Shown here: piece by piece, positions 37,905 to 43,660 of the stretch
How the letters are laid out: each line of letters starts with the position of its first letter
Numbering within the stretch: the first letter of the stretch is position 1
From: Octopus bimaculoides
Lineage: Eukaryota
Assembly (NCBI RefSeq): GCF_001194135.2
Contig: NC_068986.1
Coordinates: 88,305,544-88,349,203 of the forward strand
Direction: 5' to 3'
DNA length: 43,660 nt
Made by a program: the position numbers and the translations under genes
Notes under the pieces: model-generated
The model's input: only the letters and a program-made list of their open reading frames with translations
Told to the model about the DNA's origin: nothing
Database searches by the model: none

Positions 37905-38439
37905 ACGTAATAATGTCGTTCAAAATATACAATCAATTATTATTATATTGATACGTTATGAACGGTGAAAGGAAAATATTGATTCGGATATCTTTTGTTA
38001 TATTGTTTCCTGTACTGTAGCTATTACATCCTTACGTAGAAATATGGTTAATATAGTCCTGCGGTTTGTGTTCTTCAAAGAATACAAACATATAAAAAAA
38101 AATATTTCTTTGATATTTTGAAATTTGAATCGTATATTTCATTACAAGAATATGCAATTGCTTCACATTGGCGACACTGACTTGATTGGAACACGTAAAT
38201 ATGTACTATTCTAATTTTCCCAAATGTCCGTCCTTAAAAATTACAGCCATACCATAACATTAAAAAATAATAATCTGGTTTAACATTTACGAAAACTCAT
38301 GCACTGCTACACTGCTACCTTACTATGGCCATTTTCCCCCCCCATTCCCTTAGGTTTCATTGAACTTAACATCAGTTAGACCTTCAATTTCAATTACATT
38401 TCATATTTCTATATAAATATGTGATTAGTCACGCTATTG

Positions 38440-38710
38440 AAGGCGCATGGCACAGTGGTTAGAGTGTCAGGTTCATAATCATGAGTTAGTGAGTTCCATT
38501 CCCGGACCGTGCTATGTGTGGTGTTTTTTTTTTTTTAGCAAGACTGGTGCCAAAATTTACCTTTCCTTTGCATAACATCGGTAGAGTTGAGAGGAGAGGA
38601 GAGGCTCGTATGGAAAGGTAACTCTTGGTCTTCCTTGCTCGGAGTTGTGCCTCGGAGGGAAATTTTCTAGGTGCAAATTCATGACATAAGAGGATGTTTA
38701 CTCCTTTTCT
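38440..38710 (+). mobile_element. tRNA-headed SINE with a B-prime-like head and a different body
   Basis: aaggcgcatggcacagtggttagagtgtcagg...tagtgagttccattcccggaccg...agcaagac resembles 27076-27125. The downstream body matches neither the family B nor the family A tail; the 3' boundary is uncertain. Confidence 0.6.
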
Positions 38711-40236
38711 TTTTTAGTTACGGCACCTTCAGAAACGTCTTCGACAGTTTTACTTACGACAAGTGATACAGTAATACATCTAAGGTACCCATCTACCTGA
38801 GAGATCTGCCCGTACACTCAATATCCACAATTATTATTAAAGCTTACTTACATTTCGCTTATGCAGTTCGAATTATACTTGCACTGCGAGCAAGAAGTAT
38901 ATGTAAGACTAATTAATACCCAGCAATACCGAATATATGTGTACTGGAATCAAACACTCACATATATACATTCATTCATGTACAGACTCACTTGTTGAAA
39001 ATTTGACTAGTGAAAGAAATTAGACGAGCACGTGAAATATGACGTATATACACGTGTCAAAAATCGAGCGCACAATTACAAATACATCCAAGTATATGCA
39101 CTGGTTTTCATGTACCTCATAGATTGCTTATCGTTTGATTTGAACTTCGATATTCACATATGTTGCCACATTTGCATAATGAATGTGCCTTCTGGTTATG
39201 ATTGATCAAGGCGCACTGTGATAATACGGATCCCTACACTCTTGCAGTCAGTAGGTTTACAAGTATTACAGCCTCTCAGATTCTAGTTATGTTGCTCGAA
39301 CAAAACGTTATTCATTCTGCAATCCTTAAATACAGAGATCTTATACGTGTAGGTATCAACAGAACGATGTAATCTAGACACGCTGCCACCAGCAGCAAAG
39401 AAGGAAACATCTATATCGCGAATATAAATTCATTACTTCACAACTCTTACTAAATGCGATATTAGTGGCAGCAAATCACTTTCTACATTCCATCATTACA
39501 TGGTCGTTTCTTAGTGATTGTTACTCCCTTCGGGGTCAAGAGCGGTCGTAAATATAGTGTTTGTGCTGCATTGGAGGATGAACTAATATTCATGAATTTT
39601 TATTCACAAATCCTCTCAGACATCGATGCCAGGGAGATCTAACTGCAACTATTCTCCGCCGTGTAAAACAAATGGTTGTTAAGATGCGCAATAAAAGAAT
39701 TACCTAAGATTATTATTACGTCATGTATTTACAAACTCGCTTTTGAAGCATAGTTTTGTTTCTAAGCGCCGTGCAAGTCAGGGATGCTTGAAAATACGAC
39801 ACGTTATGACGTCACATTCAAGTTAACAAAGAAGACGATGGATATAAATCAAAGCGTCCATAAGTTTGTTTCAGTAAGAGCGTAATTAAACTGTTCAAAA
39901 TCTGACACGAGGGGAAAATATACCTGGCAAAATAAATACAAAGAACTTATGCTGTAAGCGGCAGCAACAAAGGAATACCAAATAAAGCCGTACCCCACTC
40001 AACATTAACAAAATATTACATTGTAAATGTAACTATTTTAATATACCCTGGGATGGTTTGTGGTATTGCTAACTTATAATGTCATTGAACTTATGTTAGT
40101 ATTGAACAATTTAAAGACATTTAGCGTTTATGAAAGTTGACTTGAAAATTGTTCGCTCGTCTCAGAAATTACATCGTTATTACAAACATATTTTACATAA
40201 TAGGTCTTTTTAAAAATATAATCAAATAGTTTTGTT

Positions 40237-40269
<33 letters not shown>

Positions 40270-40354
40270 AGTGTGTGTGTGTGTAGTGAGCTGCTTTACT
40301 TTTTGCTGCATGCAGAAGCCATCTTGGCTTCGAATTTACCTCAATGAGTAAAAG

Positions 40355-40565
40355 TTAACAATTGTTTCTAATTTAGGTAGGGATCAACAACTTTGAGGAG
40401 AAAGTATTAGTCAATACTGTTGACTCTAGTATAAGAGTAATACTGTACGTTATCCATCCCTGAGGGATGAAAAGCAAATTTGAACCCGTCGGGATTTGAA
40501 CCGGAGTTGATACTGTAAAGTGCGTTTCCGACTATTTAACGATTTTGCCAATCAACCATCCTAAA
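40355..40565 (-). mobile_element. Old SINE family C copy
   Basis: tttctaatttagg...gggatgaaaagcaaatttgaacccgtcgggatttgaacc...tttaacgattttgccaatcaaccatcc. Confidence 0.6.
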
Positions 40566-40669
40566 GTTATAGATAATAAAATATACTGATTTAAACACTA
40601 GATCAACTTTCTTTTTTCTTGAGAATTAGTTAGTTGACACTACCGACCTTACACCAAGATGGACACTTG

Positions 40670-40815
40670 TTTTCATCGAGCATAAAATGATGAAAGATAA
40701 AATCGACTTCGAAAGGATTTGAACTCAAAACGTAAATAGTCGGAGATAAAGATAAAAATAAACAACAACCACAAAACTTTTTTTTTACCGTCTAACGTTT
40801 CTGCTAGCTCGCCGC
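40670..40815 (-). mobile_element. SINE family C 5' half
   Basis: gatgaaagataaaatcgacttcgaaaggatttgaactcaaaacgta...tctaacgtttctgctagctcgccgc. Confidence 0.65.
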
Positions 40816-41984
40816 TAGAGGGAGGGAGAAAGAGAGAAAGATCTAATGATGAAACTATAAGCGTAGACATTGTTTCTAATTCTTTTGTATGTATTTACTT
40901 ATTTCTAAAGTAAATAAAAGGTAAAAGTCAAATATTTAAAGCATATTAGAAAGCAAAGAATGAATTCTTGTCAGAAATTATAACAGAAATTCCATAGATA
41001 TTACTGTCTACGAGCATACATTAAACACGATCCTTGTAAATATCTGGTACCATGACTAGTGCGTCTCTAAGAAATATGTTAAATACAGCGTTAAGTTGGT
41101 GTCCAGACGACAGCGCACCGTCAATTCTCTTGAGCATAGTTTGTGTTTTAAGTTCATATCTAAGTTTAATTCACAGATGTGACATTTTATAAGTCGAAGT
41201 ATTTAGTTAAAATATTCCGTGGCCAAAGTTCTTGATAAACTAGTATCGTATGCTGTAGGTCTGCATGAGTAAAGAATTGGTTTTATTGCCTAATTCGACG
41301 GATGCTTAATCAACACTTTCCCAGAAGATTATTGCTGGAATATTGTTATAATAAACAAATAGACAGTATTGGCATTATTTAAGCAATATTGGAAAATATC
41401 GATTCATCAGGCTTATGTATAAATTGAGTTGTTGAATGAAACCTTATTTCACAGAATACACGTGTGTGTGTATGTGTGTGTATGAGGGGGGGGGGGTTCT
41501 CATTGTTGAAGATGTTCTTAAGATTTCATGAGCATATGATAGTCAAAGCAAAACACAAATACACAATAAACCACAAATCCGAATTAGCGGGTCTCTTTAA
41601 TTCGTCCTAGTTCTTCTATGTTATTAACAGCTTTCCGTCTTATATCAGCGAAGTGCTATGTCATAGAGAATGAGTGAGGAGAACGTACGATCTTGTGTTT
41701 CCTGAAGTGTTGAATTTTATTCGCAATAGCCAATTGTATGTAATAGCCAATCAGTACACAAAATAGAGAGATTATAGATATTTCTAATACAAGCAGAAAA
41801 CGAAAACTTTGTTGGTGTCTGTAGAAGCATTAAAATCAGAACTTGGTGTCACTAAATACTTACTAGAGATTCGGGTCAGCGTTCTATCATTTTTGCTATT
41901 CCATTTCGCTAAATCACTTATTGCCTGATTTGAGAAAGGACAAAATGTTAACAGATACCAAAACAGTAATAAAATACAATAATA

Positions 41985-42140
41985 ATTCTTTTTCCTCTAT
42001 GCACCAGGGCTAAAATTTTGGCAAGAAGGAATTAACAAATACATCAACTCCAGTACTCAACTGGTACATATTTTATCGACTCTGCAATGAGGAAATGCAA
42101 AGTCATCGTCAGTAGAATTCGAACTCACAACATCAAGTAA
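41985..42140 (-). mobile_element. SINE family C 3' half
   Basis: ccagtactcaactggtacatattttatcgactc...gaggaaatgcaaagtcatcgtcagtagaattcgaactcacaac. Confidence 0.6.
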
Positions 42141-43013
42141 CGACTATAGCAGCTTGCCGGCTTAATAACAATACTTCCTGCTAAAGAAACAAGACCTGGA
42201 AGTTTTTGGAACTTGTTTCAGAATTGATCAAATTATCGTAATGAGAAATCGAAGACAATGTGTTACCCTCATGATAAAGGTAATAGCATAAATGTAAATA
42301 AAAGTGGTGAAGGAACGAAGAATCAGAATGCATTAGAAAGCTGAGTGACCGACGCTATTGTAACTTTGGTTCCGGTACGTTTCGTTAAATCAATTAATAA
42401 GTAGGCATTGCGTTAGAAACGTGTCTCTTAGTGTTCGGGGAATACAGCAAAATACATCATTGATGAATGATGTTGAAGTCTGGTAAGATATGCAGATGTA
42501 GACAATATAGAACTGAATTGCTAATACGTAGCGGTTGGTATATGTTTAAAGGTTTTTCGCTCTACGTTGTTTGATCTATTTGCTACAGACGTTTCAGCTC
42601 ATACATCAATTTGAAGGATCCATTGAATTCACGAATACAACGAGTAAGTGAATATATTATACATCTTCTACTCTGGGAGCGTTCTGGATATAAAGTCGAT
42701 AACCAAAGTAAAGAAACACAGCATGCAGAAAATTCTGATTATGATGAAAATAAGTACATTTGTCTTGTGTGAATATGATACATCTTATAACATGCATAGA
42801 AGTGAATTTAGTAACACACCTGTTCCCTTAACCTTTCACATGGCATAAAATATTCTTTCAGCACCTGGAAGGCGATGTTTCTCATTTAGTATATACGTGA
42901 ATTAATGTGGCAGTTTTTCAGTGTCTACATTAATGTATGTATGTGAGGGCGCATGTATATGTGTGTGTTTATGGATGTGTGTGGGTGTTGGGGTATAATT
43001 TTGGTGTTTGAGC

Positions 43014-43014
<1 letters not shown>

Positions 43015-43054
<40 letters not shown>

Positions 43055-43450
43055 CTTTGGGTGATGGTAGGAAACAATTTACAGAGGGAAGCTTGTGCTC
43101 ACGCAAGTGTATGAATGTGCAGTGTGTGCATGTGTTTGTAACAACTTGCAAATGAGATTCTTCAACAAAACTTGAATACCCTATTTCTAGAGCTGTATAT
43201 ACATACACATATAGACTAATAGAGAGAGAGAGAGAGAGACAGAGAGAGAGGCACTGATAGAGAGAGAGACTGAGAGAGATATACATACAAACACATAGTT
43301 ATCTACGCATATACATTCAAAGGCAATATACATAAATATACAAATGTGTGTGTGCGTGTGTGTGTGTGCGTATGCGTGTGTGTGTGCATACGCGTGTGTG
43401 TGTGCCCGTGTGTGTGTGCCCGTGTGTGTGTGCCCGTGTGTGTGTGTGTT
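43015..43450. repeat. (TG)n, (GA)n and (TG/CCCGTG)n cluster
   Basis: Read directly from the sequence. Confidence 0.9.
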
Positions 43451-43660
43451 CAACTGCAAGTTTTCGTCAACAAAAGAGGGAATTGTCAATTCGTGTTTTT
43501 TAGTATATGATTTCTTTAAATAGATTACTTTCTTGTGATTATCTACTTAACCGCAATTTAAAACATTACATGTTGACACCCTCACGTATAACTTGTAGAA
43601 TGAACGAAATATTAAAAATTTTTGTATGCTTCCTTGTCTTGCACAAAAAAAAACGGATAT

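Noticed and set aside
43080-43200. ALEIGYSSFVEESH as an aldo-keto reductase exon
   Set aside because: Only a 6-residue resemblance, no donor site, and the frame runs into (CA)n.

Overview
Repeat-rich, AT-rich animal genomic DNA from a draft assembly. It has 15 N-gaps (about 6.4 kb, roughly 15%), nearly all flanked by simple repeats. The microsatellite load and the SINE repertoire point to an octopus/coleoid cephalopod, but this is inference from pattern recognition, not a database result. There is no complete protein-coding gene, and almost every ORF in the supplied track is a microsatellite or N-gap artefact. The window holds one near-canonical tRNA-Leu(AAG) gene and about 20 copies or fragments of at least three tRNA-derived SINE families, several with clear target-site duplications (TSDs). 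It also holds two divergent R4/Dong-type restriction-like-endonuclease (RLE) LINE fragments, a Tx1/L1-type RT fragment, and weaker gag-like and CR1-like remnants. One 85-nt candidate exon is present. The structures most worth following up are a 550-bp foldback element (9980-10529), a tRNA gene joined to a retroposon 3' tail (29191-29340), stacked insertions bounded by 11- and 23-bp direct repeats (21662-22302), and a back-to-back Tx1/R4 LINE junction. I see no convincing multi-gene novel system; the findings concern retroposon biology and non-coding structure.
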